A DNA stretch of 64,000 bases, taken from positions 192,001 through 256,000 of the forward strand of contig CAXGUD010000001.1 of assembly GCA_964012805.1 (NCBI GenBank). The letters run 5' to 3'. The notes under the pieces are model-generated. The model did no database searches. It was not told the DNA's origin and saw only the letters and a program-made list of their open reading frames with translations. Position numbers and translations under genes: made by a program. Below are positions 1 through 9,254 of the stretch, piece by piece; within the stretch, counting starts at the first letter, position 1, and the number at the start of each line of letters is the position of its first letter. The DNA is from an uncultured Bacteriovoracaceae bacterium. Its GTDB lineage: Bacteria; Bdellovibrionota; Bacteriovoracia; Bacteriovoracales; Bacteriovoracaceae.

Positions 1-291
1 CATAAAATCTTCAATCATATCCCTAGAAATTTCATCCTTCGACTTACAACCAAGACCCCTCATCGCGAACAGTCTGGCCTCCTCTAGAGTAAAGTGGGTT
101 TTGAAGTTTAACTTAATTCCAATGCTTGTTAAAAACACGAGGGAAAGAGACTCTTGGTCACTAGAGTCCCCTTTTTCTTTGCACTCCCTTTGAATTAGAG
201 TTTCGCAACCGATATGTCCCTGCAACCTCTGAAGACTCAGTTGCCTACAAAGCTTCATTAATGATTGGACGTTTTCCTTAAAGTCTTTCAA
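1..291 (-). CDS. CheX-like protein, 5' part (runs off the left edge; not in ORF track)
   Basis: Manual translation from TTG at 291 (or ATG at 258) is open to base 1: MKDFKENVQSLMKLCRQLSLQRLQGH...LSLVFLTSIGIKLNFKTHFTLEEARLFAMRGLG...EISRDMIEDFM. It aligns by eye with the 45528..46133 product. Confidence 0.65.
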   Translation of the reverse strand, partial: MKDFKENVQSLMKLCRQLSLQRLQGHIGCETLIQRECKEKGDSSDQESLSLVFLTSIGIKLNFKTHFTLEEARLFAMRGLGCKSKDEISRDMIEDFM

Positions 292-525
292 AATAACACC
301 CGTTTAAATTGCTTAAGATTACCTTGAGAAAGTCTTAAAGGTTTCTTAAGCTTACTTTCATTATACACCCAAAACACTCCATAAGTTTCCTATCTTAAGG
401 GTTTTGCAGTAAATGTCTGTTTTCTTATTTTTTTACATTTTCCTCTGATAAATATTATTTGTTAGAAAACTTACAAATTGCCTCTTTCAAGTGGCTTTTT
501 TCCATTACGTCACCTAACCCCTTTC

Positions 526-1557
526 TTACTTACTCTTTACTTTGGCCTTTATTTTATCTGGGTCAGTTTCTTGTTGCCTGTCCTTACTATATCCGCAGGC
601 CAGTTTTGGGTTTTTTATTAACCTCGAACAGTCCCTGTGACTAATTTTGCTCGTTGCTGAACGAGGAACAGGGAGGTTTGCACACCTAGTTAACACTTCT
701 TTTCCAATTCTCAAGGCATCATCATCCTTTTTAATGTTCCACTTGCAAAGATAACTCGCACCGAGCTCTGTACTATACTCTGCTTCAGAAGGCTTGGTTT
801 TCACAGTTTGCTTGTGGAACTTAATAGACTTGTCTAAATCCCCATCAACAGGAGAAAGTAACTTCATGAACCAACCGTGAGGGGCCATCCTGTACATAAC
901 CCCCAAAGCGAAGGCCGAAACCCCAATTGAGGTATTCCCCGAGGCATACCGATAGTGCTGTTTTCCCTCGTTGGCCAAACGGTTCGCATTGTTAAAGGCC
1001 TTCTCAACTTTACCAGCATTAAAAAGAGTACTCCAGATCCCAGCATTAGTCATAACCCTCCCTAAAAGGGCACCTATGTGCATCTCACAATTGTATTCCT
1101 CAGGGGCCAAGGCCCTACATTTTAAAGCGTATTCATAACCTTTCTTAAAAAGTACTCCCTTTATTTTAGTGGCCTTCTCATCTTGCCTAAGACCCTCAAA
1201 CATAATGTTCTTAGCAAGGAGCCAGTAAATATTATGGTTTTTCGGATCTTTCTTTTCAGCTTCCTTTAAAAGTTTAAGGGCCAGCCTATAATTTTCATCA
1301 TCAATCGCCAATTCTGCCTTCCATAAATCTATGTAAATCCCTTTTTTCTCGATAGCGTTGATGAGACCTGTAGGAAGTTTATGGTCTCCTTCATAGGCCG
1401 CTGAATAAAGCGTCCTGTCATATTGTTTTGGGAAAGGAAGTCCATACTCTTTTGTAACAATTTCCTCTATATTTGAGGCATTATAATCAATACCCATTGC
1501 CAAGCCACTGAATCCAAAAAGAAGAACAGTAAGAAGTCTTACAAAATACATAATCAA
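526..1557 (-). CDS. Secreted TPR/helical-repeat protein
   Basis: 343 aa; N-terminal signal peptide; TPR-like helices (YRLALKLLKEAEKKDPKNHNIYWLLAK; ALGVMYRMAP...GDLDKSIKFHKQTVKTKPSEAEYSTELG). Confidence 0.6.
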   Translation of the reverse strand: MIMYFVRLLTVLLFGFSGLAMGIDYNASNIEEIVTKEYGLPFPKQYDRTLYSAAYEGDHKLPTGLINAIEKKGIYIDLWKAELAIDDENYRLALKLLKEAEKKDPKNHNIYWLLAKNIMFEGLRQDEKATKIKGVLFKKGYEYALKCRALAPEEYNCEMHIGALLGRVMTNAGIWSTLFNAGKVEKAFNNANRLANEGKQHYRYASGNTSIGVSAFALGVMYRMAPHGWFMKLLSPVDGDLDKSIKFHKQTVKTKPSEAEYSTELGASYLCKWNIKKDDDALRIGKEVLTRCANLPVPRSATSKISHRDCSRLIKNPKLACGYSKDRQQETDPDKIKAKVKSK

Positions 1558-1669
1558 CTCCCAGTTAAATTTTCTATCCCCCTATTTTAAACAAAACATT
1601 GGCCACTTAAAGTTTTTTTAGAAAAAATAGTACAATACAATAAACATTATTCAACAAGGTCTCTATAAA

Positions 1670-2041
1670 ATGGATAGAAAATCAATCTCAAACCTGATTC
1701 AGGATTTCGACAAGAAGTTTTCGGATGCTTTCCCTAAACAACCAAACTTTGAAATTAAATATAAACCCTCTAAACAAGAAGTTTTTATCACTGTATCCTT
1801 TAAGATCGATATCAAACAATCTCTGGAAGAGGTCATGGAAAGTTTGAGGAGATGGGATGGGGAATTTAAGAAGACGTTTAAACCCTACACGCTATCATTT
1901 GATATGCAAAACAAACAAATATGTCTCTCCTACAACTTTTTCCAATCATACCTTAAAATGGAAAAGGAAAATATGATTACTGATGAATATATTCAAATTG
2001 TAAAGGATGCTTTAACCAAAGTTAAAGATCAAGTTTACTAA
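1670..2041 (+). CDS. Hypothetical protein
   Basis: 123 aa ORF, co-oriented 20 bp upstream of a receiver gene. Confidence 0.6.
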   Translation: MDRKSISNLIQDFDKKFSDAFPKQPNFEIKYKPSKQEVFITVSFKIDIKQSLEEVMESLRRWDGEFKKTFKPYTLSFDMQNKQICLSYNFFQSYLKMEKENMITDEYIQIVKDALTKVKDQVY

Positions 2042-2061
2042 CTCTTTAAGGTAATAAGCAT

Positions 2062-2445
2062 ATGGCAAAAATACTCATCATTGATGACTCGGAAACGGTT
2101 AGAGATTCCTTAAAAGTTCAATTTGAAAGTAGTAATTATATTTTAAGTTTTGCAAATAATGGTCTTGAGGCCATAAAGATTCTAAAAACTGACAAGAACT
2201 TCGACCTTATTATTTGTGATTTATTTATGGATCATATGAATGGTATTGAATTTGTAAAGGCACAAAACTCTGACGATACTCTTAACCATATTCCTACAGT
2301 CATAATGACCAGCCGATTTAATCCTCAATTTCTTAAGGATATAAAGGAAGTTCAAGTTGTAAAAAGCTGGCTCGTAAAACCTTTTAAACCCGAGCAGCTT
2401 TCTTTGTTAATTCAAAATATTCTTGAAAATAAAGAAGCTTCCTAA
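2062..2445 (+). CDS. Single-domain response regulator (CheY-like receiver)
   Basis: KILIIDDS, LIICD phospho-acceptor, MNG, MTS, VKPF motifs. Confidence 0.9.
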   Translation: MAKILIIDDSETVRDSLKVQFESSNYILSFANNGLEAIKILKTDKNFDLIICDLFMDHMNGIEFVKAQNSDDTLNHIPTVIMTSRFNPQFLKDIKEVQVVKSWLVKPFKPEQLSLLIQNILENKEAS

Positions 2446-2446
2446 A

Positions 2447-3154
2447 TCAGGAATCTTTTTCATCTTTTTTGAGGGCCTTATAAAGGCAGTTTTGAACTTC
2501 TCTTGCAAGGGCCCTCTTTTCTCTTTGATCTATTTCTTTAAACCTCATTCCAACTTTTATAAGCTCGGGTGAATCTTCTAAAATCGTCGCATGTTGGATA
2601 ACAGCATTGGCAACCTTGTATATTTGCTCATTAAGTTCAAGAACGAGGCTTTTAATTTTAGTCTGAGGTTTGAAATACCTCCCTTTTTCGCTGGATAAGA
2701 TCATAGCGGCTCCATCAGGTGAAACATTATCCAGTTTAAAGTAATTAACGGACTCCCCTTCAGAAATTTTAATGGACATTCTACGAGCAAAGTCGTTAGG
2801 TATTCTCATATACTTTCTTTTCTCAAACCTAAAAATTTTAGGAACAAGAGCAAGTTGGTATAGACTTTCCTTAGGTGCTTTTAAATTCCCCACTGAAAAA
2901 AACTCGTGACCTTCTACTTCGAAGTTAATCAAAACTTGCTTCCCAGGCAGATTAGTTTCCTTCCCTTTTAACTTTAAAATAAGTGTATCAGAGTCTTGTT
3001 TGAAATCTTGAACCTCAAAAAACTCTCGTTTAGAGTTTTCTACATTTTCCCAAATTTGAAGCTCTCTTTTGTATTCTGCTAACGAAGTTAGCCTTTCAAG
3101 CTTCTCCTCGGCATCAAGAGATTTAAAAATTTTCTTCTTTTTTGCCTTTTGCAT
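2447..3154 (-). CDS. PilZ-domain (c-di-GMP receptor, flagellar-brake-like) protein
   Basis: RxxxR (KRKYMRI) and D/NxSxxG (DNVSPDG) motifs, C-terminal GMRF; start moved to ATG 3154 (AGGGG RBS). Confidence 0.75.
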   Translation of the reverse strand: MQKAKKKKIFKSLDAEEKLERLTSLAEYKRELQIWENVENSKREFFEVQDFKQDSDTLILKLKGKETNLPGKQVLINFEVEGHEFFSVGNLKAPKESLYQLALVPKIFRFEKRKYMRIPNDFARRMSIKISEGESVNYFKLDNVSPDGAAMILSSEKGRYFKPQTKIKSLVLELNEQIYKVANAVIQHATILEDSPELIKVGMRFKEIDQREKRALAREVQNCLYKALKKDEKDS

Positions 3155-3240
3155 GAAAGCCCCTTTTTTATAAAAGACTTTCATTATATTAATCCATTTC
3201 TCCTTCTCTCTCAAATATTTGAGCTAAAAAGAAGAAATCC

Positions 3241-5973
3241 TTAAAAAATAACTCTGACTGAGTCTAGTCTCATTTTAGATTCATTGAAAGACTTCTCTAG
3301 AGTATTTTTTAATTGCTTATGGGCCAAAATTTCTTCATCTCGAACCGATAAATTCCTCGCTTTCATATGCTCAAGCCGTGATATCTCACTATCACAAAAT
3401 ACATTCATCTCTTTTGTTTTTTCGGAGATATAATTCTTGACCATAGGCTTTGCTTTTTCTTCGGAAAGTGAAATTAAAGAAGGAATGTTTTTTCTTAAAA
3501 TAGGGATGGCTTTTTGAATTATATCCCCTCTAAGTTCATCAGTGTTTTCCTCTATAAAGCTGGAGGACCACTTTTCTGCCAAGTCCTGTCCTTTTAAATC
3601 AACAAGAGTTCTAAAAGAGGTTGGTGGAAAAAACCTCTCAGCATCTAATTTTTTTGGTGCCATACACTCCAGCCAAAAATGGCACTCTAAATAAATTGCC
3701 TCTTTTTTTCTCTTTTTCCTTATCCTCATTGAGACATTGCCAATTTCTCCTCCTAGAATGAGTTCTAGAATGCCAACAACCATGGCATGGTCCCAAGTTA
3801 AAAATGTTATCTCTTCACGCTCTAAGGCCCTTTCTCTTGAAAAAGTGACTCTCAATCCATCATTAGGTAACTCTGGAAAGTGAGGAACAAACATATTTGA
3901 ACCAGGTTTTATGAAATAATCATCTCCCCTATCATCAAGGTCTTCGAAATCAACGCCAAAGTTATGAAAGACTTCTTCCATAAAAGATTTCAGATCGTTA
4001 TTCCGTTGAAATTTAAGAATATCTAAAACAATATCCTTACCTTTTTTTTCATTAAATGAGTTTAGCTCTATCAGTTTATCTCTTCCCTCATCTATTTCCT
4101 TTTCCATTACTTCTTTTTTCTTTTTCACTCCTTCCAAAAATACCCCAAAGTCACCCTTTCCATTGGGATACTTATCAAGAAAAGAAAAAAGTTTCTCTTT
4201 AACTGAGTTAAAAAATGAATAAGTTAATTTAAGTGGTTTCTCAAAAGCACCAAGCCCTTGATGAAGCCAATTAAAAACACCTTCCTCATAAGTATTTTTT
4301 AGGTAAGGAACATGGATAAAAATATCTCCTTTTTGTCCAATCCGATCAAGACGGCCAATTCTCTGCTCCAGTAAGTCTGGAGATACAGGTAAATCATATA
4401 AAACCAAGTCTTGAGCAAATTGAAAATTTCTTCCTTCGCTGCCAATCTCAGTGCATAAAAGGATTTGGGCCCCTTCAGGGTCTGCAAAATAAGCTGCTTG
4501 TCTATCCCTAGATAAGAGTGTCAAATCACTATGAAAAACTGCCACCTTAATATTAAAAATTTCCGTTTTTAAAAACTCTTCTAAAAACAAAATTTTCTTT
4601 TTACTTTGGCAAATTAGAAGGACCTTTTCACCTTTCTTTTCATTTAAAAAATTAACAAGCCACTGATCTTTTTTGTCACTTAAGTCTCCCTCATTTCCAC
4701 TTTCCAGAGGAAAAACACAAAGGTTTCTTTTAGGAAACAGCTTTTTATCCCGGTCTATTCTAGAGCGCATATTCCTAATAAAAACTCTTCCTGTTCCATG
4801 TGAATCAATTAGTGTCCCTAGGCAGTCTTCTGATAAGGGCTTTGTAGGGTCAACGAGACTGGACTCGTCTTTAAAAAGCTCGTTCCACAACTCCAAATCA
4901 TTTTTACTGAAAGGCTCACTTCCTTCGTTTTTATCTATCAAAAGGGCGATATCTCTATACTTTTTTTCATCCATACAATAAGAGTCATAGTCGCAAAACC
5001 TTTGTGGGTCGAGGAGCTTAAGTCTTGAAAAATGAGAGTATTTACCCAATTGTTCGGGAGTTGCTGTCAAAAGAACAAGCGCTGGTATTTGGCCAGAAAG
5101 CTTCTCAATCATCTCATAGTCATGACTTTTTTCTTCTCTGGTTGTTTTTATCTGGTGAGCTTCATCAACAACCAAAAGGTCCCATTGAGTTGACTCAATC
5201 ATTTCAAAAGCTTTTTTCGAACCCTTTAAAAGTCCCATTGAAGTAATAACCAAATCTTGATTTTCAAATGGGTTCTCACCTCTTTCCAAAGGAGTTTCTT
5301 GGTTAACAATAGAAAAACTTAAATTAAACCGCCTAAGCAGCTCTACAAACCATTGATAAGTTAAAGAGTTTGGAACAATAATGAGGACTCTTTTTGCTCT
5401 TTCCCTTAAGAGAAGGTATTGAATAATTAAACAAGCTTCAATCGTTTTCCCGAGGCCAACTTCGTCCGATAGCAAAACCCTAGGGCACTCTCTCGCAGCA
5501 ATTTCATGGGCGACATAGATTTGATGCTCAATCAGAGACAACCTTGCACCCATAAGACCGCGGGCATGAAAAGAAAAAAGCTTACTTCTATAATCGAGGG
5601 CCATTTGCCTTAATTGATGAGACCTTGAAGAGTCCACAAGACCACTTATCAACCGTTCCCTCGGTCTATTTAAGCTTTTTTCAAAGCTTAGCTCTGTTTC
5701 CTTAATAACCTTATTTTGACCATGATAACTCGCAAGACCCTCTTCCCAACTAATATTTTCAACCGTTAAAGTCGTTCCTTCCTCCGATGAAATTTCTTCT
5801 CCTTCATGAAACAGAACCCTCTTTAAGGGAGCCGACTTCATACCATAAACCCTAAACTCTTGCTTTGCTGGAAAGCTTACTTTGAGGCTCTTATGCCCTA
5901 ACTCGAAAATTATACCTAAACCCAGCTCTGGCTCAGCTTCACTTAACCATCTCTGACCAACCTCAAAGTTCAT
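3241..5973 (-). CDS. rapA: RNA polymerase-associated SNF2-family ATPase RapA (HepA)
   Basis: N-terminal GQRWLSEAEPELGLG, DEVGLGKT, DEAH, LLTATPEQLG, EIGSEGRNFQF, LEQRIGRLDRIGQ, FLTWDH; start moved to MNFEVGQRW. Confidence 0.93.
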   Translation of the reverse strand: MNFEVGQRWLSEAEPELGLGIIFELGHKSLKVSFPAKQEFRVYGMKSAPLKRVLFHEGEEISSEEGTTLTVENISWEEGLASYHGQNKVIKETELSFEKSLNRPRERLISGLVDSSRSHQLRQMALDYRSKLFSFHARGLMGARLSLIEHQIYVAHEIAARECPRVLLSDEVGLGKTIEACLIIQYLLLRERAKRVLIIVPNSLTYQWFVELLRRFNLSFSIVNQETPLERGENPFENQDLVITSMGLLKGSKKAFEMIESTQWDLLVVDEAHQIKTTREEKSHDYEMIEKLSGQIPALVLLTATPEQLGKYSHFSRLKLLDPQRFCDYDSYCMDEKKYRDIALLIDKNEGSEPFSKNDLELWNELFKDESSLVDPTKPLSEDCLGTLIDSHGTGRVFIRNMRSRIDRDKKLFPKRNLCVFPLESGNEGDLSDKKDQWLVNFLNEKKGEKVLLICQSKKKILFLEEFLKTEIFNIKVAVFHSDLTLLSRDRQAAYFADPEGAQILLCTEIGSEGRNFQFAQDLVLYDLPVSPDLLEQRIGRLDRIGQKGDIFIHVPYLKNTYEEGVFNWLHQGLGAFEKPLKLTYSFFNSVKEKLFSFLDKYPNGKGDFGVFLEGVKKKKEVMEKEIDEGRDKLIELNSFNEKKGKDIVLDILKFQRNNDLKSFMEEVFHNFGVDFEDLDDRGDDYFIKPGSNMFVPHFPELPNDGLRVTFSRERALEREEITFLTWDHAMVVGILELILGGEIGNVSMRIRKKRKKEAIYLECHFWLECMAPKKLDAERFFPPTSFRTLVDLKGQDLAEKWSSSFIEENTDELRGDIIQKAIPILRKNIPSLISLSEEKAKPMVKNYISEKTKEMNVFCDSEISRLEHMKARNLSVRDEEILAHKQLKNTLEKSFNESKMRLDSVRVIF

Positions 5974-6111
5974 AATCGTCCTTCTTTTATACCGCTGAAA
6001 CTTGAAAAGACTGTTTTGCCACAAAGAAAATAGAACAATAAGACTCAACGAGTCATCATCCCTAGAAAAAGCTATTTTTGGGAAATAATTTTATGACCTT
6101 TCATTGTCAAA

Positions 6112-7842
6112 TTAAAGAGTTTTAAGGAATTCCCTCAAGTCACTCCTTTCCTCACTAGAAAACCTTGGGTCCCCTTCCCTAGTATAAAAAACCTTCGAGT
6201 GCCCTTTTGAACTAAGCCCAGGCCTTTTCGTAGAATAAAAAGCTTCTTTATCTTGATACCAAGAAGCTGGTATCTTATTGCCTACGGGGTACCCGACACA
6301 GTCTTTGTCATAATCAGTTTCTTCGTTCAAAGAAGGTCCCTGAATAAAAAACGTAGGCCGCCTATCCTCCCTTTCCATAAGAGCACAAAGGTTTGGAATA
6401 GAATTATTGTGGAAATAAGGGTATCTCAAAAAAAGGCCTTCAAGTGGAGGCGGTACATAACCCTTTTGAGGCTTTAAGAGAGAACCTGTCCTTTTTGAAA
6501 AGCCTAAACGCATAATGTCTGGCGCTAAAAACTTCATCGCCTGCCACCTTTTTTCATCCGTTCCCACATCGATGACCTTTGTTTTTTTAGGATAAAAAAC
6601 GGCTTTTGTTTTAAAAAGATCTTTTAAATTTCCGGTACCAAAAGTTGGATCAGACCAATTTTTTTCGTAACGACCATGACAACCTTGGCAAGATTTTCTA
6701 AAAATTTTTTCTCCCCTTTTCGCCCTAGAAAGATCCAAGCTTTCAGCAGGAAAAAAGTCAGTCCAATGAGGCGCTTTTAAGGAAAAAATAAAAGCTGTTA
6801 AGTTTTGAACAATGCCTTTATTAGCTTTAGTCCAGTCTTCAAGATCTTTTAAATCAGTCCCCCTTCCAATTTCGTTCCATAAAAAATTTGTTAGAATAGG
6901 GTTTCCAGAAACAAGACTTCCATCAGATAACCACCTGGTCTTATACTTTAAATTCCACCAAGGCATGGGTCTTGAACTCGAAGGAAATGATTCAAGAGGA
7001 TGTTTGCGAGGTTTTTTTTCAAAATAACTGCTTTTTGTGGCCAAAGAGTCCGGGTTCCTCCTGGCCAAGCTTAAGGCAACATGGGCCAAAGAAGTATCCA
7101 GTCCCAAAACCTCAGGACTTACCCCACCTACTGCCCTAAGGTTTTCCCTTGCAAGAAAATACATTCTTCTTTCTTCCTCATCTGCTTTAGTGGTCATTTT
7201 GAAAAAGGAAGAATTAACCAGTGGGACGACTTTTTTTGCCATAATAAAAAATTGATTTGCCCTAGACCGCTTATTATTTAAACCAACGACAGTTTTTCCT
7301 AAAAATTGGCCAGAATGACAGCTCACGCACCCAAAAGTAAGGCCCAAAGCACCTTTCCTTTGAATAAAAGAAACCCCACTTGGTTTTTTTTCATAATGCT
7401 TAACCAATGGCCCCCTTAAAAAGAGTAGTTTTTCATTGAGGCCTTTTGAATAAGGTAATAGACCCATCCAGTCAAAAAGCTCATTAGTATTTTTAAAGGG
7501 TACGACTGTTTTAGAAAGACGAGAAGCCCATCTCCTTAGTGGATTGCCATAGTCTTCGTTTAAAAATTGGGAGAAAGGCCTATAGGGTATGAGTAGGCCT
7601 GTTACGTCGACTGGCCAACGATAAGCATGCTCTCTCCCATTTTTTATGGCCTCAGAAAAATCATGCTCAGAGAAAGCATAGATATTTTCTCTCGGAGAAC
7701 CAAATGGAAGCTCAGCGTCTTCAGACCAGTCCACTTCCTGAAAAGCATAAGTTGAAAATAAAGGACAACACGCTAAAAAACTTAATAAAAATCCAAAAAT
7801 AATTGACCGGTGAGTTAATTTAACATTAATTGAGGCAATCAA
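6112..7842 (-). CDS. Secreted di-heme c-type cytochrome, RoxA/cytochrome-c-peroxidase-like fold
   Basis: Two CxxCH (CVSCH, CQGCH), PMPWWNLKYK, GYVPPPLEGLFLRYPYFHNNSIP, C-terminal LREFLKTL; signal peptide. Confidence 0.75.
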   Translation of the reverse strand: MIASINVKLTHRSIIFGFLLSFLACCPLFSTYAFQEVDWSEDAELPFGSPRENIYAFSEHDFSEAIKNGREHAYRWPVDVTGLLIPYRPFSQFLNEDYGNPLRRWASRLSKTVVPFKNTNELFDWMGLLPYSKGLNEKLLFLRGPLVKHYEKKPSGVSFIQRKGALGLTFGCVSCHSGQFLGKTVVGLNNKRSRANQFFIMAKKVVPLVNSSFFKMTTKADEEERRMYFLARENLRAVGGVSPEVLGLDTSLAHVALSLARRNPDSLATKSSYFEKKPRKHPLESFPSSSRPMPWWNLKYKTRWLSDGSLVSGNPILTNFLWNEIGRGTDLKDLEDWTKANKGIVQNLTAFIFSLKAPHWTDFFPAESLDLSRAKRGEKIFRKSCQGCHGRYEKNWSDPTFGTGNLKDLFKTKAVFYPKKTKVIDVGTDEKRWQAMKFLAPDIMRLGFSKRTGSLLKPQKGYVPPPLEGLFLRYPYFHNNSIPNLCALMEREDRRPTFFIQGPSLNEETDYDKDCVGYPVGNKIPASWYQDKEAFYSTKRPGLSSKGHSKVFYTREGDPRFSSEERSDLREFLKTL

Positions 7843-7956
7843 GTTTCGCTCCTCTCCATGAACAGAAGAGTAAACGCACCCTCCTGATCTGGGGAAATAG
7901 CATCCACTTGGGAAAAAGACTAGTTAAAATTTCGGCTTTCTAAAAGGAGGCCATAC

Positions 7957-8280
7957 CTACTCTAAAAATTGAGTCATAATACTAATAGACTTTAAAAAGA
8001 ACTTTTCTTTTATAATACCTTTTGCAACTATACCTTTTTCTTCAGCTTTGGAAATGATTTCATTCAAGTCTGGTCTTAAGTTTTCAATTTCTTTCTTGGA
8101 GTCTGAAAAGCTCACCTCGCCACTTTCTTTTTTAGTACAAATGGAAGACACTTTTTCAGCAAAAGGAGAAATCTCTTTTTCAAAATAATCTTTAGAAGCT
8201 CCCCAGTGAGTCCCAAGATCTACTTCCAACTCATGAAGGATAACATCTAAAATTTCTTCCATTTCCATTTTCAACTTCAC
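7957..8280 (-). CDS. Hypothetical protein
   Basis: 107 aa ORF filling the intergenic gap. Confidence 0.55.
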   Translation of the reverse strand: MKLKMEMEEILDVILHELEVDLGTHWGASKDYFEKEISPFAEKVSSICTKKESGEVSFSDSKKEIENLRPDLNEIISKAEEKGIVAKGIIKEKFFLKSISIMTQFLE

Positions 8281-8505
8281 CTTTTGATTAATGTTTACTC
8301 AATGAAATCTTTTAACTATGTCATTAAAGCATATATCACTAAAACAAACAATATCTGCCTCACAGGTGACAAAACTACAAATTATTGGACCTTAACTAAA
8401 AAATGATCCTAAAATTATTTAAAAAAATTAAGGTAATTGCCTTTTTCCTAATTATTAAAAAAAGAATATCATTTAATCAAAGCTTTTTTTAAAAGGTAAG
8501 AAATC

Positions 8506-8856
8506 GTGGCAAAAAAAACCATTCTACTTGAAGCAGGGACATTTTTAATGAGGGAAGGAGAAGAGAGTTCTACCATGTACCTCTTAATTAAAGGGCAATT
8601 GGAAGTTTTAAAAAGAAAAGGGGATACAGAAAAGCCTATTGGCAAAATTAACGAAGGCGACTTAGTAGGTGAAATGTCTTTTCTAGATAATTCTCCTAGA
8701 AGCGCCTCCGTGAGAGCTTCGGAAAACTCAGAAATATTTCCCATTCCAAGAGAAAGCTTTGATGAAACTTTTCTAGAGCTACCAGACTGGTACAAAACAC
8801 TTCACCGGACAATTGTGGACCGGCTTCGAAAAACAACCTCAAGAATAAAACAATAA
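8506..8856 (+). CDS. Stand-alone cyclic-nucleotide-binding domain protein
   Basis: REGE..MYLLIKG, GEMSFLDNSPRSASV phosphate-binding cassette; no HTH. Confidence 0.88.
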   Translation: MAKKTILLEAGTFLMREGEESSTMYLLIKGQLEVLKRKGDTEKPIGKINEGDLVGEMSFLDNSPRSASVRASENSEIFPIPRESFDETFLELPDWYKTLHRTIVDRLRKTTSRIKQ

Positions 8857-8897
8857 CAAAATCAGGATTTTTAAAACTCAGCCAAGGAAGCAATGCA

Positions 8898-9251
8898 TTG
8901 AAAAAATTCACACAAAAAAATCTTAAAGCTGGAGAAACCCTCATTAAAGAGGGAAATGAAGATAATAACCTCTATATATTATTAAAGGGCTGCTTAAAAG
9001 TTACCAAAGTTCGAGAAAATAAAAAATATGAGGTAGCTACAATTTCAGCTGGAAAGGTTGTAGGAGAGATGTCTTTTCTTGATAAAAGACCAAGGAGTGC
9101 TGATGTCACTGCCTTTAAGGACTCAACCGTTGCCATAGTTCCTCGAGAGCACTATGAGGAGTTTCTTAAAACTTTACCCGATTGGCTTATTAAACTTCAA
9201 TACACAATCATCTCAAGATTGAGAGACGCCAATAAAAGAATAATTATCTAG
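8898..9251 (+). CDS. Stand-alone cyclic-nucleotide-binding domain protein (tandem paralog)
   Basis: KEGN..LYILLKG, GEMSFLDKRPRSADV. Confidence 0.88.
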   Translation: MKKFTQKNLKAGETLIKEGNEDNNLYILLKGCLKVTKVRENKKYEVATISAGKVVGEMSFLDKRPRSADVTAFKDSTVAIVPREHYEEFLKTLPDWLIKLQYTIISRLRDANKRIII

Positions 9252-9254
9252 CCT

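Noticed and set aside
3241..5973. SNF2 helicase as a possible anti-phage defence component (DISARM/Zorya-type)
   Set aside because: The N- and C-terminal motifs are those of housekeeping RapA, and no defence genes are adjacent.
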